A stretch of DNA of 64,000 nt, from NCBI RefSeq assembly GCF_009914755.1, contig NC_060929.1, one strand, 5' to 3'. The stretch is from the human T2T-CHM13v2.0 reference genome, Homo sapiens. The position numbers and the translations under genes were made by a program. The notes below the pieces were generated by a model. That model had not been told where the DNA came from and searched no databases. It was given only the letters and a program-made list of their open reading frames with translations. Positions 12,218-25,200 of this stretch are shown one piece after another; positions within the stretch are counted from its first letter, which is position 1; each line of letters starts with the position of its first letter.

Positions 12218-13181
12218 TAGAAATCATAAATTTCCCTCTAAGTACTGCTTAAGCTGGCAAGCACAAATTTCTGAATGTAGTATTTACATTACATTTTATT
12301 TCAAACTATTTGGCACTTATGATGTTTTTGTTTAATCCATGGGTTTAAAAGTATATTTAATTTCCAAATACTTGAGTATTTTTACAGATATTTTATTGAT
12401 ACTGATGACTAGTTAAATTCTATTGCTACTATGGAAGATATTCTTTAAGATTTTAATTTTCTAAAATTGTTGACTTGTTTTTAGTTCAGCATGTGGACTG
12501 ACTTTATGAACATTCCATGTGTGCTTGTGTGTGCTGTAGTTGTGCAGTGTAGTAGTCTCTAAATATCATTAGGGTTATGGCATTGTGTGGTGTTGCTAAG
12601 ACCTTTAATATCCTTATCGATTTTTGGTCTATTTATACTATCAATTACTGTTAAAGAGGTTTTCAAATCTCCAGCTATTATTGTCAATTTGCCTACTTAT
12701 CCTTTTAGTTCTTTTGAGTTTTTTCATATATTTTGATACTCTGTTATTAGGTATACACACATAATTTTAAATGTGTCTGCCTGAGTAATTTTTCCTTTTA
12801 TATTATGAAATGTCCCACTTTATCTCCAGCAATACTCCTTGTCTTAAAGTCTATATTGTCTGATATTAATAGAGAATGCAGACACTCTTGCCTTCTTAAT
12901 AGTATTTTCATAGTATATATATATATATAAAATTTTATTTATTTTCAACTTATATGTGTCTCTATATTTAAAGTGTGAATCTTGTGGTCAGTATAGAGTT
13001 GGGCTTTTCATTTTTTTCCAGTTTGAAAAATCACTGCCTTTTTCTTGGTCCATTTTCATATATTACAATTATCAGTATGATTGAATTTAAGTCTACCATT
13101 TTGTTTTTTTAATTTATTCTGTTTCTTTTTCTTTCTCTGTTTCGTTTTTATATTCTTTTTTGCTTAATTACATATTTTTAG

Positions 13182-13519
<338 letters not shown>

Positions 13520-16500
13520 CTCTATGTTGGCTTTTCAACTGTGTATCTTTGTGTATTTTTGGTGTTTATCCTACGGATTACAATATGCATATTTAACTTA
13601 TTATACAGTCTACTTAGAGTTAATATTATATTACTTCTCATAAAATATAGTAATTTTGCTATGATATAATTTCATTTACCTCATTCTTTGTGAAATTGTT
13701 GTCATATGTTACATCTATATTTGTTATAAATCTCCAATAAAGTTTTATAATTTTAGCTTTCAATAGCAATCTGTATTTTTTTAATTAAGAGAAGAAAAAA
13801 TGTATATTTATTTGTGTTTGTCTTTCACCTATGTACCATTTCTGGTACATAGTTTCTATCTGGTATCATTTTTCTTCAGCCTGAACAACCTCGATTAGCA
13901 TTTCCTGTAGGATAGATCTGCTGGCAATTCATTCTCTTAGTTTTTGTTCATCTGATAATGGTTTTTTAAAATTTTGCCTTCATTTTTGAATAAGAGTTTT
14001 GCCTGCATATAAAATTTCTTGTTGATTTTTTCAGCAATTTAAATATGCTGTTTCGTTGTCTGCTGATCTCCTTTATAATGTGAGTTCAGCTGTTCTTCAT
14101 ATTATTGTGCCCTTGTATGTAATGTCATTTTTTTCATCTGACTGTTTTCAAGATTTTCTGTTTAACTTTGAGTTTAAACAATTTGACTATAATGTGCCTA
14201 GATGTCGTTTTATTTATATTTAGTCAGATTGGCGAATTGGATAAGCTTCTCAGATACATAAGTTTATATTTTTCCCTAATTGGAAATATATTTAGCCATT
14301 ACATCTTTAAGTATTTTTTCATCCAATTATTCTCTTCTTTTTCCTTTTGATATTGCCAATTACATGTATGTTAGAATTCTAATATCATCCCACAACTAAC
14401 TGAGGCTCGGTTCATTAAAAAATTTTTCCTTTATATTTGTCAGATTGTATGATTTCTATTGATTTATTTTAAGTTCAATGACTTTTTCTTGTGTCATCTT
14501 CAGTCTTTTGTTAAGCCTGTCCAGGAATTGTTCATTTTAGTTATTGTACTTTTCCTTTTAGGCTCAGTAGTGGCTCTTTTTACACTAGAAACTTGTTTCC
14601 AAGTGAAGACAGATATTAACTCTTGGGATGAGGTACTTGAGTATTGAAAGAGGTTAATAAGATTAATTTATAATAGTGTGCAGAAACTAAGGAAGCACAG
14701 TAATTAACTGAGCTTCTTATAAAAAAGGTGATAGAGAAATGTAAATAATAACATTAGTGCTTTGATTATCTTTTGTAGATATTTTTGGAAAAATACTTAC
14801 GTTTACATTTCCATGTCATTTAATTACATTTCTATTGAGCATTGTTCTTGTGATACTGTACTTTTTTATGTGTTTTTCAAATTAAATTGTGGGCTTCAAG
14901 ATACTTTTTGAAATTTTAACAAGGTGCAAAATTGTAAAAATAAAATAACTTTAACAATTACTTTCTTTTGCCAACTTATGTATTCCTTAATGGCGTCAAC
15001 TCTGCAGAAACAAAATGCCTTTTCCAACACCAACATGTTTCAGATTGGTTTGAAGTGTGCTGTCAGTTCTGTTGAGATAATGAAGTATTTTTGCATTCAC
15101 TAAACAATGAAGCCATAGGAGTAAGTATTCTAGGTCTTCAGTCCTCTAGTGAATGGTGAAAAGAAAGGGTCAGTGGTTCCTTGCTGTACTCTCCAGCAAG
15201 CTGGTTGGCTTGGGGATAGTATTAGTAACTTAGGTCTAGCGACCTTCAAAAAAACCACATTTTATGCCTCCTTGGCCTCCTATCTGCGAAAAACATGGAA
15301 TCATAGCCACTTAGCTCCTACAGTCTTAGCTTTTTATGTCTGGCTACCCGAATCATAATCTAACGGTAAGAGGTAAGGTCATCAGCCTCTCATCACTTGT
15401 CTGCTGCCACTTGTTTAACTCTAGCTCATCAAAGATCAATGGGTGTTACTTGCTAGCCACCAAGTGGCTTGGATGATAGAGAAACTTACAAGCCAACACT
15501 GATGAATAATTTCTGTTCAAGTGGCCATAGCTCAAGGGATACTAAAGAGCCTGAAGAACAGATATGTTTACCAACTGGCAAATTATGACCCTCCTGTGAC
15601 TCTCACCTATTGGTGTTAGCTCTAATAGAAGATAGTTTTTCTTTAGAATGTTTGATCCACTGAACACCTGTCTGAGTGGCAGGACTGATGAAAAAGAATA
15701 ACAGAAACACAGCACACCTGTGATGTGAACATTCTTTTATGAATGTGCATGGGTGGGTTTGTTCTTTGTAATAAATAATAGTAGCAGTAGCTTTTGAATG
15801 GAAAGCAGGGATGATTATGACTATGAAAGTGGCTTTGTAAGTCATCCTAATTGGTACAGTTATACAATTTGGAAACAAAAACATGTAGATTATGAATACA
15901 CCAAGTTTTTCACAGATAATCCAGATATTCCTTTGTCTCGTAAGTGCATGGACAACAAGGTGCTTGTTCCTATACATGACCTACCTTGATGGATGAAATA
16001 AGGGAGGCAAGATATCAAGATCTAGAACCAATATTTATAGCAAATCTCAGGAGGAATTTTTCAATGGCTCTTTTTTTAATGTTTTGATATTTTTTAAATG
16101 TTTAGTGTTTTTAAAAATGTTTAATGATGAAAACTTATTGGGAAACAAATGTATTAATATTAACATGTAGGCTTTTTTTTTTTTTTTTTTACCCCAGTGG
16201 GAATTTTTAGAGTACCTTACTAGATATTTTTAGGAGAGGTTTTCTTTATACCACATAGCACTGGATATGTCCATTCTGTTTACTCTTTCTCCTCAGGAAG
16301 AGGTATTCTTGTAAGAGCTATTCCTCATTTTGTGTTCTCCATTTGGACACAGGTCTCCTTTAGCTGTCAATGCTTTCTAATGGAGCGAGGGGGAAGTAAA
16401 GCCCGATTGTGTTTATTTTTAAAAATGACTGATGGAGAAAGTCAAGGCCTTCTTCCACAGAGTTTAGCAGAGCAGAGTTGCATAGCTTTGAGAACATATT

Positions 16501-17416
16501 TACTGTTTCCTACTAGGTTGTCCCTCCTCAAAGTCTAGTAGGGTGCTTGCAGTGAGTTATATCACTGGTCCTCAGAAGGTTCTGGCTTTTACCAGGGCAG
16601 AGATAATTGATGAAACACATTTCTCAGAATTCAGCTTGACTGGGCAGACTGGGCATTGTAGGGTATAGACCCTTCTCTGCAAGAGTCAACATCATGATGG
16701 TGAGATCTGCTGAGCTATATCACCAAGAAGGGTGTCTGGTGAAGACAGCAGCTGGTGGAGAGCTCTAGGATCATATTTCCATGTTCCCAGGGATCTTGGC
16801 CTAAATGTCAGATTACTCAGTCACCTCATAGTATATCCCTGAGGCCTTGACCACATATATGTGTCCTGGCTTCCATATGAACGTTTGTTAATCCAGTGAT
16901 TTCTAAACCTGACTGATGAAAAGAATATATGAAGTGTTTGAAAAAATGACAGATTTCTGGCCTCACTCTAAATATTCTAATTCTCCCGAATTTCAGGGGA
17001 GTTCCGCATGTCTGAGAATTTTGGTTCTAGTGTACCCTAAAAGTATTTCATTTTGTATTCCTAAATAAAAATGTATCCAACTGGAGAGAACAGGTATTTG
17101 AAAACACAATGTCTGGTGTTTTTTGCTGCCAAGAAATGATGAGAAACCTTATGTATATTTTATCATATCCACAAGAAAAGTTTTGAACGATTCTTTACAT
17201 TTTGTTACTAAGAGAGAGGCCCTTCATTTTTACAAATTGACATCTGCATATAGAAAGTGTGAATGTCAAGAATGTTTGATGAGTTTTTTCTAATGTTTTA
17301 AACTTACTTTTGTTTTATCTAAGTTGTATAAGGGGAAGATGGCTGCTTGGCTATTGGGAGGGATGTGGGGTTTGGACTTTCAACCAATTCTCTTGTTTGC
17401 ATGCCCCAGCCAAAAC

Positions 17417-17519
17417 TAGGGTGACCCACCACCTAGCTGGCTGGTTTTAGCACTGAAAGTTCTGCTGTGTACCATGAAAATCCTCATTCCCAGGCAAACT
17501 AGGACAATTGGTAACCCTA
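17417..17519. mobile_element. MER81-like hAT-Blackjack MITE
   Basis: Terminal inverted repeats TAGGGTGACC / GGTAACCCTA; core GGTTTTAGCACTGAAAGT. Confidence 0.8.
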
Positions 17520-17800
17520 CCCATACCCTATAATCAAGACACTTGGTATCTCCAATTCCAAGGCCTTTCCAGGTTCTGCCAGGCAAGAGTTCTTGTGAGG
17601 TTTTTCAGCAGGCTTAGGATTCTGCTTTCTCAAGTCTATTCACTTTCAGATTCCAAACTTTTGTTGACCTTTCTTTTCTACTCTTGTCTCCTGTCTACTT
17701 CTCTCTGTCTATAAAGATTTTGCTCTTGTGAAATCCCTTTACTATTATTGTAGAGAGGTTTAGGGAAAGGATGGTGATCGCCACATATGCAAGATTTTAC

Positions 17801-20800
17801 ATATATAGTAAATATATATATAAATATATAATACTATATAATACATATTATATATAAATATATAATACTATATAATACATATATTATATATAAATATATA
17901 ATACTATATAATACATAATATATTATATATAAATATATAATATATAATACATAATATATTATATATAAATATATAATATATAATACATAATATATAAATA
18001 TATAATATATAATACATAAGATATATATAAATATATAATATATAATACATAATATATATAAATATATAATACATAATATATAAATATATAATATATAATA
18101 CATAATATATTATATATAAATTTATAATATATAATACATAATATATTATATATAAATTTATAATATATAATACATAATATATTATATATAAATTTATAAT
18201 ATATAATACATAATATATAATATTATATTTAATATATAATACATAATATATAATATTATATTTTAATATATAATACATAATATATTATATATAAATATAT
18301 AATAATATGATACATAATATATTACATATAAACATATAATAATATATAATGCATAATATAATATATAAATATATAATAATATAATACATAATATATATTA
18401 TATAATATATATAATACATAATATATATTATATAATATATATAATACATAATATATATTATATAATAATATATAATACATAATATATATTATATAATATA
18501 TATAATACATAATATATATTATATAATAATATATAATACATTATATATATTATATAATATATATAATACATTATATATATTATATAATATATATAATACA
18601 TTATATATTATATAATATATAATACATTATATATTATATAATATAGATAATACATTATCTATATTATATAATAATATATAATAATATATAATATAATAAT
18701 ATATACTACATAATATATATTATATAATAATATATACTACATAATATATTATATAATAATATATACTACATAAATATTATATAATATATACTACACAATA
18801 TATTATATAATATATACTACACAATATATTATATAATATATACTACACAATATATATTATATAATATGTAATACACAATATATATTATATAATATGTAAT
18901 ACACAATATATATTATATAATATGTAATACACAATATATATTATATAATATGTAATACACAATATATATTATATAATATGTAATACACAATATATATTAT
19001 ATAATATGTAATACACAATATATATTATATAATAATATGTAATACACAATATATATTATATAATAATATGTAATACACAATATATTATATAATAATATGT
19101 AATACACAATATATTATATAATAATATGTAATACACAATATATTATATAATAATATGTAATACACAATATATTATATAATAATATGTAATACACAATATA
19201 TTATATAATAATATGTAATACACAATATATTATATAATAATATGTAATACACAATATATTATATAATAATATGTAATACACAATATATTATATAATAATA
19301 TGTAATACACAATATATTATATAATAATATGTAATACACAATATATTATATAATAATATGTAATACACAATATATTATATAATAATATGTAATACACAAT
19401 ATATTATATAATAATATGTAATACACAATATATTATATAATAATATGTAATACACAATATATTATATAATAATATGTAATACACAATATATTATATAATA
19501 ATATGTAATACACAATATATTATATAATAATATGTAATACACAATATATTATATAATAATATGTAATACATTATACATTATTATATAAGTATATGTAATA
19601 CATTATACATTATTATATAAGTATATGTAATATATATTATACATTATTATATAAGTATATGTAATATATATTATACATTATTATATAAGCATATAATATA
19701 TAATACATAATACATTATATATAAGCATATAACAATACATAATACATTATATATAAGCATATAACAATACATAGTACATTATATATAAGCATATAACAAT
19801 ACATAGTACATTATATATAAGCATATAACAATACATAGTACATTATATATAAGCATATAACAATACATAGTACATTATATATAAGCATATAACAATACAT
19901 AGTTCATTATATATAAGCATATAACAATATATAGTTCATTATATATAAGCATATAACAATATATAGTTCATTATATATAAGCATATAACAATATATAGTT
20001 CATTATATATAAGCATATAACAATATATAGTTCATTATATATAAGCATATAACAATATATAGTTCATTACATATAAGCATATAACAATATATAGTTCATT
20101 ACATATAAGCATATAACAATATATAGTTCATTACATATAAGCATATAACAATATATAGTTCATTACATATAAGTATATAACAATATATAGTACATTATAT
20201 ATAAGTATATAATATAATATAGTACATTATATATAAGTATATAATATATAATACATTATATATAAGTATATAATATATAATACATTATATATAAGTATAT
20301 AATATATAATACATTATATATAAGTATATGATAACATGTAATACATTATATATAAGTATATGATAACATGTAATACATTATATATAAGTATATGATAACA
20401 TGTAATACATTATATATAAGTATATGATAACATGTAATACATTATATATAAGTATATGATAACATGTAATACATTATATATAAGTATATGATAACATGTA
20501 ATACATTATATATAAGTATATGATAACATGTAATACATTATATATAAGTATATGATAACATGTAATACATTATATATAAGTATATGATAACATGTAATAC
20601 ATTATATATAAGTATATGATAACATGTAATACATTATATATAAGTATATGATAACATGTAATACATTATATGTAAGTATATGATAACATGTAATACATTA
20701 TATGTAAGTATATGATAACATGTAATACATTATATGTAAGTATATGATAACATGTAATACATTATATGTAAGTATATGATAACATGTAATACATTATATA

Positions 20801-20842
20801 TAAGTATATGATAATATGTAATACATTATATATATATATATA
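17801..20842. repeat. ~3 kb AT-rich compound minisatellite (units ~28-36 bp)
   Basis: Successive blocks: 36-bp ATATATAAATATATAATATATAATACATAATATATT, 30-bp ATAATACATAATATATATTATATAATATAT, 29-bp ATGTAATACACAATATATTATATAATAAT, 32-bp AAGCATATAACAATACATAGTACATTATATAT, 32-bp AAGTATATGATAACATGTAATACATTATATAT. Confidence 0.98.
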
Positions 20843-22254
20843 GCTGAAAGCCTTTTAATGATTCCCAATATTGAAATAATGATATTGTAGACTTCGGTGA
20901 TTTTCCAAATTCAGTATCAGAGATTAAGTTAAACTTTACCCAAACACACTTCAAAGCTGTAGGAGAGGACAGTTTTCCTACAGTGCTTTGAGTTCCTGGG
21001 GTTCCCTTTCTTATCTTTTCTTACCACTTGGATTCTTCCCCTTATTAGTCTAGACATGAAACTCAGCTCTCTCCAGGTTTCTACAAAATTCCACTTGCTC
21101 TTAAGGATTTCATGAGTTTAGCAGATTTTTAGAAGTTATTCAGTGTCAGGCAGTGTTCTAGGACAGGTCCTATCACAGGGAATATGGCCTTTGGCTACGT
21201 TCTCCTCCTTGTAGTGTGTCTGGATCACAGAACACTTCTATCTAAACACAGATGCCTCAGTGTCTTAGCTTCTACCCCAAGAGGTATATTGATAAATACT
21301 TTTTGTGGCATATCATAACAATTGAAAATAGGAGAAAATTTGAGTCATCTATTTCAGAAATTATGAAAGTCTCAGGAAAGTGTTGGGTGTTAAAACCTTT
21401 TGCCCTCTGAAGTTAGGTAATAAGAGAAAGCATATTCTGTAAAACTAACCATTTGCATTTCAGAGAATAGCATTGGTGGGAATTCAAGAAGAAGAATATC
21501 AAAGATAATCATGGAAGCCTCACTTGAGCGTTTAACACATACCAACACTTTTCCTTTGCTCATCTCGCTATTCTTATTATAGATGAGGAAACTGCAGCTT
21601 AGGATAGGTAAAAACAAAACAAAATAAAACAAAAACCTTGCCTAAATGTTCATGAGTAGCAAAGGAGCAAATAGCAGGGCTGGGATTCCTTCTTTGGCAG
21701 CCTGACTCAGGGCATGTGCTCTTATCCATACTCACATCCCACTAAGAATGTGGAATGCTCTTTTTCAGAGATGCATCTGCATGCACGTAACTTTAGAAAT
21801 AGAAAATAGGTGGAATGGTATTTTCCTACTTCTTACTACACTGTGATTTATAAGGCCTGGATTACCAGTAGCTGGGTCCTGTCTGCCATCCCAGGACTGC
21901 AAAGCTTCCACATTTCTGAGCAGGGACCAGGGCCTGAGCTTCAGGACTACATCTGAATCTAGTCCTGAGCTTCAGGACCATATCATTGCAGCTGTCAGGA
22001 TTGCATTGTCAGGGTCTAGGGGCTCTCCTAGCCACTGTCATTCCTGTTCCAGCAGACCTTGCTTACAATCCTCTCTCTGTGTTCTGGGGTTCTCCTTTAC
22101 TCTGCTGCTGCCAAGACTCAGTGTGGGCTATCTCCACTCTGGGAAACCGCTGGAACCAAACTGGAAGTAAACTACATACTATGGGCTGAGAGAAGAACAC
22201 TGGCCTTTGATACTAGTAGGAACAGTTTTCACATGGTTTGATAAAATTCATCTC

Positions 22255-25200
22255 CTTTTTCTTTTTTTTTTCTTTTTTATTATACTTTAAGTTCAGTTTT
22301 GTGTAGATTCTGAATATTAGTCCTTTGTCAGATGTATAGATTGTGAAGATTTTCTCCCACTCTGTGGATTGTCTGTTTACTCTGCTGACTGTTCCTTTTG
22401 ATGTGCAAAAGCTCTTTAGTTTAATTAGGTCCCAGCTGTTTATCTTTGTTTTTACTGCATTTGCTTTTGGGTTCTTGGTCATGAAATCCTTGCCTAAGCC
22501 AATGTCTAGAAGGGTTTTTCCAATGTTATCTTCTACATTTTTATAGTTTCACGTCTTAGGTTTAAGTCCTTAATCCATCTTCAGTTGATTTTTGTTTAAG
22601 GTGAAAGATGAGGATCCAGTTTCATTCTCCTACATGTGGCTAGCCAATTATCCCAGCACCAGTTGTTGAAAAAGGGGGACTTTATGTTTTTGTTTGCTTT
22701 GTCGAAAATCAGTTGGCTGTAAGTATTTGCGTTTATTTCTGGGTTCTCTATTCTGTTCCATTGGTCTACGGATCTATTTTTATATCAGTACCATGATGTT
22801 TTGGTGACTATGGCCTTATAGTTTAGTTTGAAATCAGGTAGTATGATGCCTCCAGATTTGTTCTTTTTGCTTAATCTTGCTTTGGCTATGCAGGCTCTTT
22901 TTGGTTTCATATGAATTTTAGAATTTTTTTTTCTAATTCTGTGAAGAATAATGGTGATATTTTTATGGGGATTGCATTGGATTTGCAGATTGCTTTTGGC
23001 AGTATGGTCATTTTCACAATATTGATTCTACCCATACATGAGCATGGGATGTGTTTCCATTTGTTTGTGTCATCTATGATTTCTTTCAGTAATGTTTTGT
23101 AGTTTTCCCTGTAGAGGTCTTTTGCCTCCTCGGTTAGGTATATTCCTAAGTATTTTTATTTATTTATTTTTGCAGCTAATGTGAAAGGAATTGAGTTTTT
23201 GATTTGACTCTCTGCTTAGTTGCTGTTGGTGTATAGAAGAGGTACTGATTTGTGTACATTAATCTTTTATCTGGAAACTTTGCTGAATTCTTTTATCAGT
23301 TCTAGGAGCTTTCTGGAGGAGTCTTTAGGGTTTTCAAGGTAAACTATCTTATCATCAGCAAACAGTGACAGTTTCACTTCCTCTTTCCTGATCTGGATGC
23401 CCTTTATTTCTTTCTCGTCTGATTACTTTGGGATCAGACTTTCAATACGATGTTGAAGAGGAGTGGTGAGAGTGGGCATCCTTGTCTTGTTCCAGTTCTC
23501 AGAGGGAATGCTTTCAACTTTTCCCCATTCAGTGTTATGTTGGCTGTGGGTTTGTCACAGATGGCTTTTATTACATTGAGGGATGTCCCTTGTATGCCAA
23601 TTTTGCTGAAAGTTTTAATTATAAAGGGATGCTGGATTTTGTTGAATGCTTTTCCTTCATCTATTGAGACCATCATGTGATTTTTGTTTTTAATTCTGTT
23701 ATCTGGTGTATCACATTTATTGACTTATGTATGTTAAACTGTCCCTGCATATCTGGTATGAAACCCTCTTGATCATGGTGGATTATCTTTTTAATATGTT
23801 GTTGGATTCGGTTAGCTAGTATTCTGTTAAGGATTTTAGCATCTGTGTTCTTCAGGGATATCAGTCTGTAGTTTTCTTTATTGGTTGTGTCCTTTCCTGA
23901 TTTTGGTATTAAGGTGATGCTGGCTTCATAGAATGAAGTAGGGAGGGTTCCTTCTTTCTCTATCTTGTGGAATAGTATCAAAAGGATTGGTACCAATTCT
24001 TCTTTGAATGTCTGGTAGAATTCTGCTGTGAATCTGTCTGTTCCTGGACTTTTTTATGTTGGTAATTTTTTAATTACCATTTCAATCTCACTGCTTGTTT
24101 TTGGTCTGTTCAGGGTATCTGATTCTTCCTGATTTAAGCTAGGAGGGTTGTATTTTTTCCAGGAATTTATCCATCTCTTCTAAGTTTTCCAGTTTACGTG
24201 CATAAAGGTGTTCATAGAGCCTTGACTGATCTTTTGTATTTCAGTGGTGTCAGCTGTAATATCACCTGTTTAGTTTCTTAGTGAGATTATTTGGATTTTC
24301 TCTCTTTTTTTCTTGGTTAATCTTGCTAATGGTCTATCAATTTTATTTATCTTTTCAAAGAACCAGCTTTTTGTTTCATTTATCTTTTGTATTTTTTGTT
24401 TGTTTGTTTCTTTCAATTTCATTTAGTTCTGCTCTGATCTTGGTTATTTCCTTCCTTATGCTGCTTTTGTGTTTGTTTTTTTCTTGTTCTAGTTACTTGA
24501 GGTGCAACCTTAGACTGTCTGTTTGTGCTCTTCAGACTTTCTGATGTGGGTGTTTAAGGCTATGAACTTTCCTCTTAGTACTGCCTTAGCTGTATCCCAG
24601 AGGTTTTGATAGGTTGTGTCATTATTGTCATTCAGTTCAAAGAATTTTTAAATTTCCATCCTGATTTTTTTTTGACCCAGTGTTCATTCAGGAGCAGGTC
24701 ATTTAACTTCCATGTATTTGCGTGGTTTTGAAGGTTCCTTTTGGAATTGATTTCCAGTTTTATTCCACTGTGGTCTAAGAGAATGCTTGATATAATTTTA
24801 ATTTTCTTAAATTTTTTGAGGTTTCTTTTATGACCTATCATATGGTCTATCTTGGAGAAAGTTCCATGTGCTGTTGAATAGAATGTGTATTCTGCAGTTG
24901 TTGGATGAAATGTTCTATATATATCTGTTAAGTCCATTTGTTCCAAGGTATAGTTTAAATCCATTGTTTCTTTTTTGATTTTCTGTCTTGATGACCTGTC
25001 TAGTGCTGTCAGTGGAGTATTGATGTCCCCCACTAGTACTGTGTTGCTATCTATCTCATTTCTTAGGTCTGCTAATAATTGTTTTATAAATTTGGGAGCA
25101 TTAGGTGCATATGTTTAGGATTGTGATATTTTCCTGTTGGATAAGGCCTTTTACCATTATATAATGTCCCTCTTTGTCTCTTTTAACCACTGTTGCTTTA

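Noticed and set aside
15603-15989. ORFs of 124 aa (-) and 63 aa (+) as a possible pseudogene
   Set aside because: No family similarity, poly(A) tail or TSD that I can recognise; a tblastn search would be needed to revive it.
17834-18510. Tyr/Ile-rich ORFs, and the array as a CRISPR-like locus
   Set aside because: Artefacts of the AT minisatellite; units are contiguous with no unique spacers, and the context is human.
21933-21978. Duplicated CCTGAGCTTCAGGAC with a small hairpin
   Set aside because: Short local duplication with no supporting context.
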